Shown: positions 17,718 to 25,038 of the stretch, in pieces
How positions within the stretch are numbered: the stretch's first letter is position 1
How the letters are laid out: each line of letters begins with the position of its first letter
NCBI GenBank assembly: GCA_964479955.1
Contig: CAYZNK010000003.1
Span: 2,329 to 66,328 of the forward strand
From: an uncultured Candidatus Saccharibacteria bacterium
GTDB lineage: Bacteria > Patescibacteriota > Minisyncoccia > Minisyncoccales > Staskawiczbacteraceae
Direction of reading: 5' to 3'
DNA: 64,000 bases
Made by a program: the position numbers and the translations under genes
The notes under the pieces: generated by a model
The model's input: the letters and a program-made list of their open reading frames with translations, nothing else
Database searches by the model: none
Told to the model about the DNA's origin: nothing

Positions 17718-18809
17718 ATGGCCGATCAATCGTATATACATCTTAAAGATGAAATTTATTACAATGAACTCTACGACAAATTAACGATTGAGGAATGTCG
17801 ATGCTGGGAGAAAAAAGAATTTTGGGATGTACCAAGTATAAAGGATGAAGATCCTATAAAAATGAAGATTAAGATTAGTTTTGCTGATAAGGTGGTTTTG
17901 CCAGTAGCCTTGTATGCGATTAAGGGTGAACGCTACGCAAAGAAATCTGAAACTATCCGCCAGTGGATGGCACGCGATAAGGCAAAAGATGAACAAGTAG
18001 CTAACGCCGCAGAACCAAAAGGAATTCGCTGTCTGGTATGCAGTTCGCCTATGAGTTGTATTTCTAGGGATTTACATTCCGATACTAAAGATAAAGACAG
18101 GGTTCTTTTTATGTTCGAGTGTCCAAGTAAAGGACATAGACGCAGAGTTTACTGGGAAAATGGCGAAGAATGGGAGCCTCAACCCGACCTCTGTCCCAAA
18201 TGTAAATCTATTACAAATTCATCACACATTCGAGAAGGTAACCTTATTGTCACTACCAATATTTGTCCGCAGTGCGGAAACAAGGAAACTGACACGATTG
18301 ATTTGAATTCAAAAGAAGAAAAAATTGATCCTAATTTTGAAGCCGATCGTAAAAAATATTGCTTATCAGAAAAAGAGGGAGGAGAGTATGTCTCGTGGAT
18401 GGCAAACTCTAAACATTTATTGGATTCATTTAAAGAGCGGGAGCAGAACAAGGATGTTTATGAAGCAGTCGCCAAGATTAAAACGCTGGCAATTATTGAT
18501 CTACAAAATTTACTAAATTCTATAATCGAAAAAGCTGGGTATACCAAGTTGGAACTTGGAAAACCCGAAGTTAAAAAAGACCTGTTTGTAGAATTTACTG
18601 TTCAGGATAACAGGCCGGGCAGAGTTGAATATGATAGTCGCCATGGCCTCGAGAAGTTTATCAAGAAGACCTTGGAGGGCACTAATTGGCGATTGATGAG
18701 TGAGGGTATCTCGTATAAGCTTGGTTTTCTTAACGGACGATTACGAGGAGCGTCTGGCGAAGAAAACCTCAAAGAAATGATAACTGGCAAGGATACTGAT
18801 CAGGAATAA
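17718..18809 (+). CDS. Zinc-ribbon-containing hypothetical protein
   Basis: 363 aa with CLVCSS...ECPSKGH and CPKCKS...CPQCGN cysteine pairs. Lies 5 nt after the HEPN-like gene. Confidence 0.55.
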   Translation: MADQSYIHLKDEIYYNELYDKLTIEECRCWEKKEFWDVPSIKDEDPIKMKIKISFADKVVLPVALYAIKGERYAKKSETIRQWMARDKAKDEQVANAAEPKGIRCLVCSSPMSCISRDLHSDTKDKDRVLFMFECPSKGHRRRVYWENGEEWEPQPDLCPKCKSITNSSHIREGNLIVTTNICPQCGNKETDTIDLNSKEEKIDPNFEADRKKYCLSEKEGGEYVSWMANSKHLLDSFKEREQNKDVYEAVAKIKTLAIIDLQNLLNSIIEKAGYTKLELGKPEVKKDLFVEFTVQDNRPGRVEYDSRHGLEKFIKKTLEGTNWRLMSEGISYKLGFLNGRLRGASGEENLKEMITGKDTDQE

Positions 18810-18905
18810 GACAGTGGGGTGTCCCAATTTTTGAGACAGTCAATAATATCGTTTTCATGTCCGATTTGTCCCATTTAGGAAGATCAGACCCCCGACCCAC
18901 TTACT

Positions 18906-18935
18906 TTGACAGTTGAGCAAAAATAATGCTAAAAT
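18906..18935 (+). promoter_or_regulatory. Near-consensus sigma70-type promoter (TTGACA-18-TGcTAAAAT)
   Basis: TTGACA at 18906-18911 and TAAAAT at 18930-18935, preceded by TG at 18927-18928. Lies ~130 nt upstream of infB. Confidence 0.5.
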
Positions 18936-19064
18936 ACCCTTACAAACATTGAAGTCTCGGGTACTTAACCCGAGTACACCGCTGGATGTATTTTGGCAAA
19001 TAGGTTGAATTTATGTCAAATTTGATTTAATATAATAGATTGCAGTACAATCTGTTTTTTTGAT

Positions 19065-20582
19065 ATGGCAAATAGAAAAGTTCAACAATCAAAAGAAGTT
19101 TTAACAAGGCCTCCTGTGGTGGTTGTTTTAGGTCACGTTGACCATGGAAAATCATCGCTTTTGGAGGCGATTAAGGATTTTAAAATCACCTCAAAAGAGT
19201 CGGGCGGCATTACCCAGCATATCGGGGCTTATGAAGTGTCGCATAATGGAAAAAGCATAACCTTTATTGATACTCCGGGACACGAGGCTTTTTCTGCAAT
19301 GAGGGCAAGAGGCGCCCAAGTGGCCGATATTGCCCTGCTTGTCGTAGATTCTGCCCAGTCTGTCCAACCTCAGACAAAAGAGGCTATAATGGCAATAAAG
19401 AGAGCTGGCATTCCAATGATTGTTGTTTTAAATAAAATTGACCTACCAAATGCAAATCCGCAAAAAATAAAAGGAGAACTGCTTAAGGCTGATGTAATGG
19501 TAGAATCAATGGGAGGAACTGTCCCCTGCGTTGAAGTTTCAGCAAAAGAAAAAACAGGCATAGATGAACTTTTGGAGATGATTTTATTGGTGGCTGATAT
19601 GCAGGATTTAAGGCCGGAAACAGATGTGCCATGCGAAGGCTTGATAATTGAATCATACATGGACAGTTTTAAGGGGCCGGTTGCAACAGCTATTATTCAA
19701 AAGGGAATTTTAGCTAAAAAAGACATTATTGCCACCGATTTAGCATTAGCTAAAGTAAAATCAATAAACAATTTTCAGGGAAAAGAAATTGATAATGCTA
19801 TGCCCTCTCAGCCGGTTATTATTTTGGGTTTTGAAAAAGTTCCTGCTGTTGGCGAAAGATTTAAAAGCTACAAAACAATTGAAGATGCCCAAGCAAAACT
19901 TAAAAAAGAAGAGCCAAAAAGAGAAATCGGCAACAGCGTTATTGAATCTGACCCCAATAAAAAAGTCATAAATATAATTTTGAAAGGAGATGTTTTTGGT
20001 TCCTTGGAAGCAATTGAAGGAATGATAAAAAATTTGCCGCAGGAAAAAGTTAATATTAGGATTTTAAAATCAGAAGTAGGAGATATTAATGAATCTGACG
20101 CAAAATTAGCTGATATGTCCGGAGCTATGATTATTGGATTTAGAGTTAAGACAAGCTCAACTGTTTTACATCTGCTAAAAAAAGATACTGATAAAAAAGT
20201 TAGGATTAAAATTTTTAATATAATTTATGAATTAATCCAGGATATAAGATTAGGTATGGAAAAAAGTTTGGAGCCTGAGACAATAAGAAAAGACATAGGA
20301 AAATTGAAAACATTGCTGGTTTTTTGGGGAGAAAAAAACAGGCAGATTGTAGGCGGAAAAATAACAGAAGGAGAATTAAAAAAAGGGTTAAAACTGGAAG
20401 TTTTTCGCGATAATGAAAAAATAGGACAAGGAAAAATTGTAAATCTGCAAAGGGATAAAAAAGACATTGACATGCTTAAAAAAGGGGATGAGGCGGGAAT
20501 ATTGTTTGAAGGAAATGTAAAAATAGAAAAAGGAGACATTATTGCGGCTTTTTCAGAAGAAAGAAAAAAAGGAGAACTTTAA
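19065..20582 (+). CDS. infB: Translation initiation factor IF-2 (short form)
   Basis: GTPase motifs GHVDHGKSS, DTPGHEAF and NKID, plus C-terminal IF-2 domains. The long N-terminal region is absent. Confidence 0.9.
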   Translation: MANRKVQQSKEVLTRPPVVVVLGHVDHGKSSLLEAIKDFKITSKESGGITQHIGAYEVSHNGKSITFIDTPGHEAFSAMRARGAQVADIALLVVDSAQSVQPQTKEAIMAIKRAGIPMIVVLNKIDLPNANPQKIKGELLKADVMVESMGGTVPCVEVSAKEKTGIDELLEMILLVADMQDLRPETDVPCEGLIIESYMDSFKGPVATAIIQKGILAKKDIIATDLALAKVKSINNFQGKEIDNAMPSQPVIILGFEKVPAVGERFKSYKTIEDAQAKLKKEEPKREIGNSVIESDPNKKVINIILKGDVFGSLEAIEGMIKNLPQEKVNIRILKSEVGDINESDAKLADMSGAMIIGFRVKTSSTVLHLLKKDTDKKVRIKIFNIIYELIQDIRLGMEKSLEPETIRKDIGKLKTLLVFWGEKNRQIVGGKITEGELKKGLKLEVFRDNEKIGQGKIVNLQRDKKDIDMLKKGDEAGILFEGNVKIEKGDIIAAFSEERKKGEL

Positions 20583-20594
20583 TTTAAAGATACA

Positions 20595-20939
20595 ATGCCA
20601 ACCGGCAGAATAGACAAAATTAATTCGCTTTTGAAACGGGAAATTGGGAAAATTCTTTTAAAAGAATTTTATTTTTCTGGGGCAATGGTCAGCATAACTC
20701 GAGTTGAAGCAAGCTCAAATTTAATTGAGGCTAAAGTTTTTGTTTCAGCATATCCTGAGTCCCAATCGGACCAAGTTATAAAGATTTTAAATAACAATGT
20801 TTACGGCATACAAAAGAAGATAGACCGGATGCTGAAAATGAGGCCAGTTCCTAAAATTAAGTTTTTAAAAGACAAAGAAATGGCAAAATCCGGCAGAGTG
20901 GAGGAGCTATTAAGCCAATTGAAAAAAGAAAAAAAATAG
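20595..20939 (+). CDS. rbfA: Ribosome-binding factor A
   Basis: RIDKINSLLKREIGKIL.. RbfA signature, and the conserved infB-rbfA gene order. Confidence 0.85.
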   Translation: MPTGRIDKINSLLKREIGKILLKEFYFSGAMVSITRVEASSNLIEAKVFVSAYPESQSDQVIKILNNNVYGIQKKIDRMLKMRPVPKIKFLKDKEMAKSGRVEELLSQLKKEKK

Positions 20940-20956
20940 GGTAAGCTTATTCTAAC

Positions 20957-21028
20957 GGCACGGTAGCCAAGTGGTAAGGCAAGGGTCTGCAAAACCCTTA
21001 TACGTGGGTTCAATTCCCACCCGTGCCT
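20957..21028 (+). tRNA. tRNA-Cys(GCA)
   Basis: Hand-folded cloverleaf: acceptor ggcacgg/ccgtgcc, anticodon loop ctGCAaa, T-arm gtggg-ttcaatt-cccac. Confidence 0.85.
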
Positions 21029-21117
21029 CAAAAATAAGTGCTAATTTATTTATAGATAATATAGTATACGAATAGTAATTTATTGTTCTTTAGTCTACCA
21101 TATGTTAAAATAAGTTA

Positions 21118-21624
21118 ATGAAGCCAAGAAAATGGACAGAAGAACAATTAAGAGAATCTGCTAAAAAATCAACCAGCGTTAGACAGGTTTTATATTATTT
21201 GGGGCTAAAAGAAGCTGGAGGAAATTACGCTCAGATTAGAAAATATTTGGATTTTTATAAAATTAGTACATCACACTTTACGGGCCCAGGTTGGAGTAAG
21301 GGATTAAAAGGAATCGGAAAACCCCGGATACCGCTAGAAAAAATTTTAGTTAAAAATAGTACATTCCAAAGCTTTAAACTAAAAAATAGATTATTTTCAG
21401 CAGGAATAAAGCAGCCTAAATGCGAAGAATGCGGTTGGGCTGAAAAAAGTTTAAATGGTTATTTGCCACTGGAGTTAGACCATATAAATGGAGATCATTT
21501 TGATAATCGTTTGGAAAATTTAAGAATTCTATGTCCCAATTGTCACAGTTTGAAACCCAATCATAGGGGCAGAAACATTGGTAAATATGCCCGGATGGCG
21601 GAATGGTATACGCGCAACACTTAA
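21118..21624 (+). CDS. HNH homing endonuclease
   Basis: ELDHINGDHFDNRLENLRILCPNCH HNH motif with a CEECG zinc pair. The last 36 nt overlap tRNA-Leu(TAA). Confidence 0.8.
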   Translation: MKPRKWTEEQLRESAKKSTSVRQVLYYLGLKEAGGNYAQIRKYLDFYKISTSHFTGPGWSKGLKGIGKPRIPLEKILVKNSTFQSFKLKNRLFSAGIKQPKCEECGWAEKSLNGYLPLELDHINGDHFDNRLENLRILCPNCHSLKPNHRGRNIGKYARMAEWYTRNT

Positions 21625-21672
21625 AATGTTGTGAGGCTTGTCTTCATGTGGGTTCGACTCCCACTCCGGGCA
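21589..21672 (+). tRNA. tRNA-Leu(TAA), type II with long variable arm
   Basis: Acceptor gcccgga/tccgggc, anticodon stem caaca/tgttg, loop ctTAAaa, T-arm tggg-ttcgact-ccca. Confidence 0.85.
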
Positions 21673-21675
21673 CAA

Positions 21676-21714
21676 CAAAAAAACACCCTTAGTATATACT
21701 AAGGGTGTTTTTTT
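21676..21714. terminator. Bidirectional terminator hairpin
   Basis: 13-bp perfect palindrome acacccttagtat/atactaagggtgt flanked by an A-run and a T-run, between convergent tRNA-Leu and the 3D-domain gene. Confidence 0.75.
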
Positions 21715-21722
21715 GTTACGGA

Positions 21723-22223
21723 TTAGTCTTCTAATATTTCAATTTCTGCTGTTTTGACTCCAAAGTTTATGGCTAATTCTTTGCTTGGAAACCATATGTC
21801 AAAATGGTAGTCGCTCTTTCTTCTATTCATCCTGTCTTCAATGGTAAAGATTTTATCGCCATAAAGTTCAGGAATTCTTACTTCTGTTCCAATAGGCAAC
21901 ATGTTGTTAGCCATTACTCCGTCCTTAACCTCAGAACCAGAGGCTGTTATAAATGGAGTATCATCTGTTTCTTCAGGAGTGCTTGAATATGCTGTTACAA
22001 TAACCTTTATTGTCTGGGCCACCTTTTTTGCTTCTTTTGTGCTTTCTTTGGCAACAAAGGAAGCACAGGAAATATCCATATGGTCAGCGTCGGTTATTTT
22101 TGGCATAAACATTCCCAAAAGGCAAATGCCGATTATTGCGCCCGCTATTATGGAGCTCAATACGGGGGTTTTTTCTCTTAAAATAGCTATGTTTTTTAAT
22201 ATATTCATATTTAAAATACTCAT
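21723..22223 (-). CDS. 3D domain-containing (RlpA/MltA-like fold) secreted protein
   Basis: N-terminal TM/signal segment. VTAYSSTPEETDDTPFITASGSEVKDGVMANN is typical of 3D domains. Confidence 0.7.
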   Translation of the reverse strand: MSILNMNILKNIAILREKTPVLSSIIAGAIIGICLLGMFMPKITDADHMDISCASFVAKESTKEAKKVAQTIKVIVTAYSSTPEETDDTPFITASGSEVKDGVMANNMLPIGTEVRIPELYGDKIFTIEDRMNRRKSDYHFDIWFPSKELAINFGVKTAEIEILED

Positions 22224-22346
22224 ATATTTTTCTTTTTAATAAAAAAACTCCCTCTCAGGAGTATGTATTAATCTTAGCATTTTTAAAGCCCTTTGTCAAT
22301 AGTTAGAACATAGAAAATATCCCTTGTCAAGATAGCCGGATTTTAA

Positions 22347-22372
22347 CAAAAAAAGCCCTTTTGTAAGGCTTT
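22347..22372 (-). terminator. Terminator candidate after the tRNA cluster
   Basis: On the minus strand: agcctt-acaa-aagggct hairpin (one bulge) followed by a T-run, just 3' of tRNA-Gly. Confidence 0.45.
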
Positions 22373-22379
22373 TTATATG

Positions 22380-22450
22380 AGCGGGACACGAGAATTGAAC
22401 TCGCGCCTCGATCTTGGCAAGATCGTGTACTACCACTATACTAGTCCCGC
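22380..22450 (-). tRNA. tRNA-Gly(GCC)
   Basis: Acceptor gcgggac/gtcccgc, anticodon stem cgatc/gatcg, loop ttGCCaa, T-loop ttcaatt. Confidence 0.85.
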
Positions 22451-22525
22451 CTACGCTTGCGAGCTTCGGCGGGCAAAGCCCGCTTTGCATTTTTGTGCTT
22501 TGCACACCGAAGCTTTAGCGAAAGT

Positions 22526-22599
22526 GTGCCGCGGGGCAGATTTGCACTGCCGACCCCAGCTTTTTCAGAGCTGTGCTCTGCTACCTGAGCTACCGCGGC
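22526..22599 (-). tRNA. tRNA-Phe(GAA) with unusual T-loop TGCAAAT
   Basis: Acceptor gccgcgg/ccgcggc, D-arm tagctcaggtagcagagc, loop ctGAAaa, T-arm ggcag-tgcaaat-ctgcc. Confidence 0.8.
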
Positions 22600-22617
22600 T
22601 TGTTATACTTACTGTGT

Positions 22618-22676
22618 ATTTTTCCATAATACATAAAAGCATTATAGAAAAATATGTGGACGATGTAGGGCTCGAA
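22618..22676. repeat. 59-bp perfect direct repeat, copy A (tRNA-Val 3' 20 nt + 39 nt of 3' flank)
   Basis: Identical to 22791-22849: atttttccataatacataaaagcattatagaaaaatatgtggacgatgtagggctcgaa. Confidence 0.95.
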
Positions 22677-22790
22677 AAGTTGCCCGAAGGCATTGCCGCC
22701 TCGCCCCTCGTCGCTTTACTCCTCGGGGTCTGCTGACCTGCGGGCTCGGCGCAATTCGGGAGGTAGGTTCTCGCTACATACATCCATAAT

Positions 22791-22849
22791 ATTTTTCCAT
22801 AATACATAAAAGCATTATAGAAAAATATGTGGACGATGTAGGGCTCGAA
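22791..22849. repeat. 59-bp perfect direct repeat, copy B (overlaps the real tRNA-Val 3' end)
   Basis: Identical to 22618-22676. Positions 22830-22849 are the 3' 20 nt of tRNA-Val(TAC). Confidence 0.95.
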
Positions 22850-22902
22850 CCTACGACCTTCTCGGTGTAAACGAGACGCTCTGCCAGCTGAGCTAATCGT
22901 CC
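22830..22902 (-). tRNA. tRNA-Val(TAC)
   Basis: Acceptor ggacgat/atcgtcc, D-arm tagctcagctggcagagc, loop ttTACac, T-arm gtagg-ttcgagc-cctac. Confidence 0.85.
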
Positions 22903-22908
22903 ATGTAG

Positions 22909-22990
22909 TGCGGACGGTGGGAGTCGAACCCACATGCCTTTCGGCGCCACCACCTCAAGATGGTGCGGATACCAATTTCGCCACGTCCGC
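22909..22990 (-). tRNA. tRNA-Leu(GAG), type II
   Basis: Acceptor gcggacg/cgtccgc, anticodon stem ccatc/ggtgg (one G-U), loop ttGAGgt, long variable arm, T-arm gtggg-ttcgact-cccac. Confidence 0.8.
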
Positions 22991-23641
22991 TCGGCTATTA
23001 TTACTGTCAATTCTTAGTATGTCTTGTATTTTTTTAAGCTTTCTGTATAAACAAGGTACGTCTTTTTTGTAATACATTTTTGAGACCAAAATTTTGGATT
23101 CTTTTTTAGCATATCTCAATTGGAAAAAATTATTTTTTTTCGTTTTGCTTATAAATCCATTTACCCTCGCAAATAATTTAATTTTTTTTCTCAACCAATC
23201 AATATGTTTTTTGCTTGCGGATGTAAATGTTATATAAAACATAAAACTGCTACGCCATCTTTTATCCCAATAACTATAACAGCATCCGTCTCCATCAAAA
23301 TGGCCCCTTAAAAAATCAAAAAAATATTTGTCTGGAATATTTATTTTACCTATGGTTTTACTTTTGTGAGGTCCTATGCCGATTATTAAGAGCCACTTAT
23401 AAAACGCAATATCTCCAAATTGTACGTGTGGACATTTTTTTGCCGAATATCCGCTTGTTTTAAATCCGATTTTATTTTTTATTCCTAAGCACTCTCGAAA
23501 TGTTTTGATAAGCTGAATATCTTGAGATGTAAAGTCTATATGTCGTCCATCATTATATAAACATCCGTCTGTTGCTAATAGCCCGATAGCATACGCTAAT
23601 TTTGTGCTCCATTTTATTAATATTTTAGATTGAGGTTTCAT
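22955..23641 (-). CDS. LAGLIDADG homing endonuclease (two-motif, monomeric type)
   Basis: LAYAIGLLATDGC and FLRGHFDGDGC motifs; 228 aa. The last 36 nt overlap tRNA-Leu(GAG). Confidence 0.8.
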   Translation of the reverse strand: MKPQSKILIKWSTKLAYAIGLLATDGCLYNDGRHIDFTSQDIQLIKTFRECLGIKNKIGFKTSGYSAKKCPHVQFGDIAFYKWLLIIGIGPHKSKTIGKINIPDKYFFDFLRGHFDGDGCCYSYWDKRWRSSFMFYITFTSASKKHIDWLRKKIKLFARVNGFISKTKKNNFFQLRYAKKESKILVSKMYYKKDVPCLYRKLKKIQDILRIDSNNSRADVAKLVSAPS

Positions 23642-23685
23642 TTTTTATTATACCTCAAACATAAAGCGTATACCAATGTTTAATT

Positions 23686-24144
23686 TTAATTGTCTGTATT
23701 TTCTTTGGGAGTTTGTTCTGGTGCGGATTGTTCCTCTGTTGTTGTTTCTTGGTCTTCGTTAGGTGTTTCTTCAACGGGCTCTTCTGTTACAGCCTCTTGT
23801 AATCCTTTTTTCTTTAATTTGGCCTTTTTACCTTTTGCTGTCCTTAAATAGTAAAGCTTGGCTCTTCTTACCTTTCCTTTTTGTACAACCTCTATTTTTT
23901 CTATTGACGGAGAATGTATTGGAAAAATTCTTTCAATTCCTATTCCATCGGTTATTTTTCTCACAGTAATTGTTGCGGGAATTCCCCCTCCATGTTTTTT
24001 GGCGATAATAATCCCTTCAAAAATTTGTATTCTCTCTTTATCTCCCTCTTTTATTTTTTGGTACACTTTAACAGTATAGCCAGGCCTTAAATCGGGCATA
24101 TTTTTTAATTGTAGCGCATCAAATTGGTTTAATATTTTGTTCAT
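23686..24144 (-). CDS. rplS: 50S ribosomal protein L19 with acidic C-terminal tail
   Basis: [51 protein letters not shown] is the bL19 signature. Confidence 0.9.
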   Translation of the reverse strand: MNKILNQFDALQLKNMPDLRPGYTVKVYQKIKEGDKERIQIFEGIIIAKKHGGGIPATITVRKITDGIGIERIFPIHSPSIEKIEVVQKGKVRRAKLYYLRTAKGKKAKLKKKGLQEAVTEEPVEETPNEDQETTTEEQSAPEQTPKENTDN

Positions 24145-24218
24145 TTATTTTGCGAATTTCTAATTTCTAATTTTAAATTTCTATTAAATTTATAATTTTA
24201 AAAAATTAGTTAATTGAA

Positions 24219-24917
24219 TTATTTTAATTTGTCTAAAACTTTTTGCAGTTCCTCGGGCAATTCTGAATTAAATTCTTTGTATTGGCCTGAGGGTAATTGG
24301 ATTTTTAAATAAGATGCGTGCAGAAATTGTCTTGATAGTCCTTCCAGTATAATTTGATCTTTAAATCCGTACAATTTATCCCCTGCTACAGGATGGCGCA
24401 AATAAGATAAATGGCACCTTATCTGGTGTCGTCTTCCTGTTTTTATTTTTATTTCCAACAGAGTAAAATCATTAAATCTTTTAATTGTTGTAAATTCAGT
24501 GATAGCTTCCCTTTTCCCTTTTTCTTCGGTATCTGACAAAGGGTATACTTTTTGTTTTCTTTTGTCTGTTTTTGCTCTTCCTATAAGTGTTTTTATTTCC
24601 CCAAAACCCTCTTTTATTATTCCTGTCGCTAAGGCTGTATATTTTTTATCTACCCTTCTATTTATAAACTGTTTTTGCAGAAAAATCAAGGATTCTGTGT
24701 TTTTGGCAATCAATAAAATTCCCGAAGTATCTTTGTCTAATCTGTGGACAATTCCGTATCTTGGGGACTCTCCTGCACTTTTTAATTCGGGATATTCTTC
24801 AATCAGCGCGTCAATAATTGTATTGTCTTTTGTCTGCCCTTCCGGAAACACAACCATGCCCGATGGCTTATTAATAACCAATAAATCTTTGTCTTCGTAG
24901 ATTATCTTAAAATTCAT
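24219..24917 (-). CDS. RluA-family pseudouridine synthase
   Basis: HRLDKDTSGILLIAKN catalytic motif and RHQIR motif. No S4 domain. Confidence 0.85.
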   Translation of the reverse strand: MNFKIIYEDKDLLVINKPSGMVVFPEGQTKDNTIIDALIEEYPELKSAGESPRYGIVHRLDKDTSGILLIAKNTESLIFLQKQFINRRVDKKYTALATGIIKEGFGEIKTLIGRAKTDKRKQKVYPLSDTEEKGKREAITEFTTIKRFNDFTLLEIKIKTGRRHQIRCHLSYLRHPVAGDKLYGFKDQIILEGLSRQFLHASYLKIQLPSGQYKEFNSELPEELQKVLDKLK

Positions 24918-25038
24918 AAAAAATTTTCAGCCAACTTTTATTGCCTATAAATTTTTATGTGGGCGGTATATTTAAAATATATCGCCACCTCGTTCATAAA
25001 AATATACAAAAATTTTTGTATATTTTTTACTCTCTCGG

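Larger units (their letters stand above)
159..18809. mobile_element. Putative integrated island (serine recombinase + defence genes + phage packaging remnant); boundaries uncertain
   Basis: A recombinase lies at one edge, with R-M, HEPN-like and nuclease-like genes plus terL/terS/ParB-methylase. No housekeeping genes occur until infB at 19065. No att sites could be defined. Confidence 0.4.

Noticed and set aside
19065-20582. Short IF-2, short ATP synthase delta and epsilon, and short ValRS as gene truncations or pseudogenes
   Set aside because: All retain their catalytic or core motifs, have clean starts and stops, and sit in intact operons. This is consistent with lineage-typical domain loss rather than decay.
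22618-22849. The 59-bp repeats as a CRISPR array
   Set aside because: There are only two copies. The repeat contains a tRNA 3' end and its flank, it is too long for a CRISPR repeat, and no cas genes are present in the window.
22377-23010. Track ORFs 22377-22736 (+), 22565-22933 (-) and 22774-23010 (-)
   Set aside because: They run straight through four hand-folded tRNA genes and the 59-bp repeats. Their G+C-rich translations reflect tRNA sequence, not coding potential.
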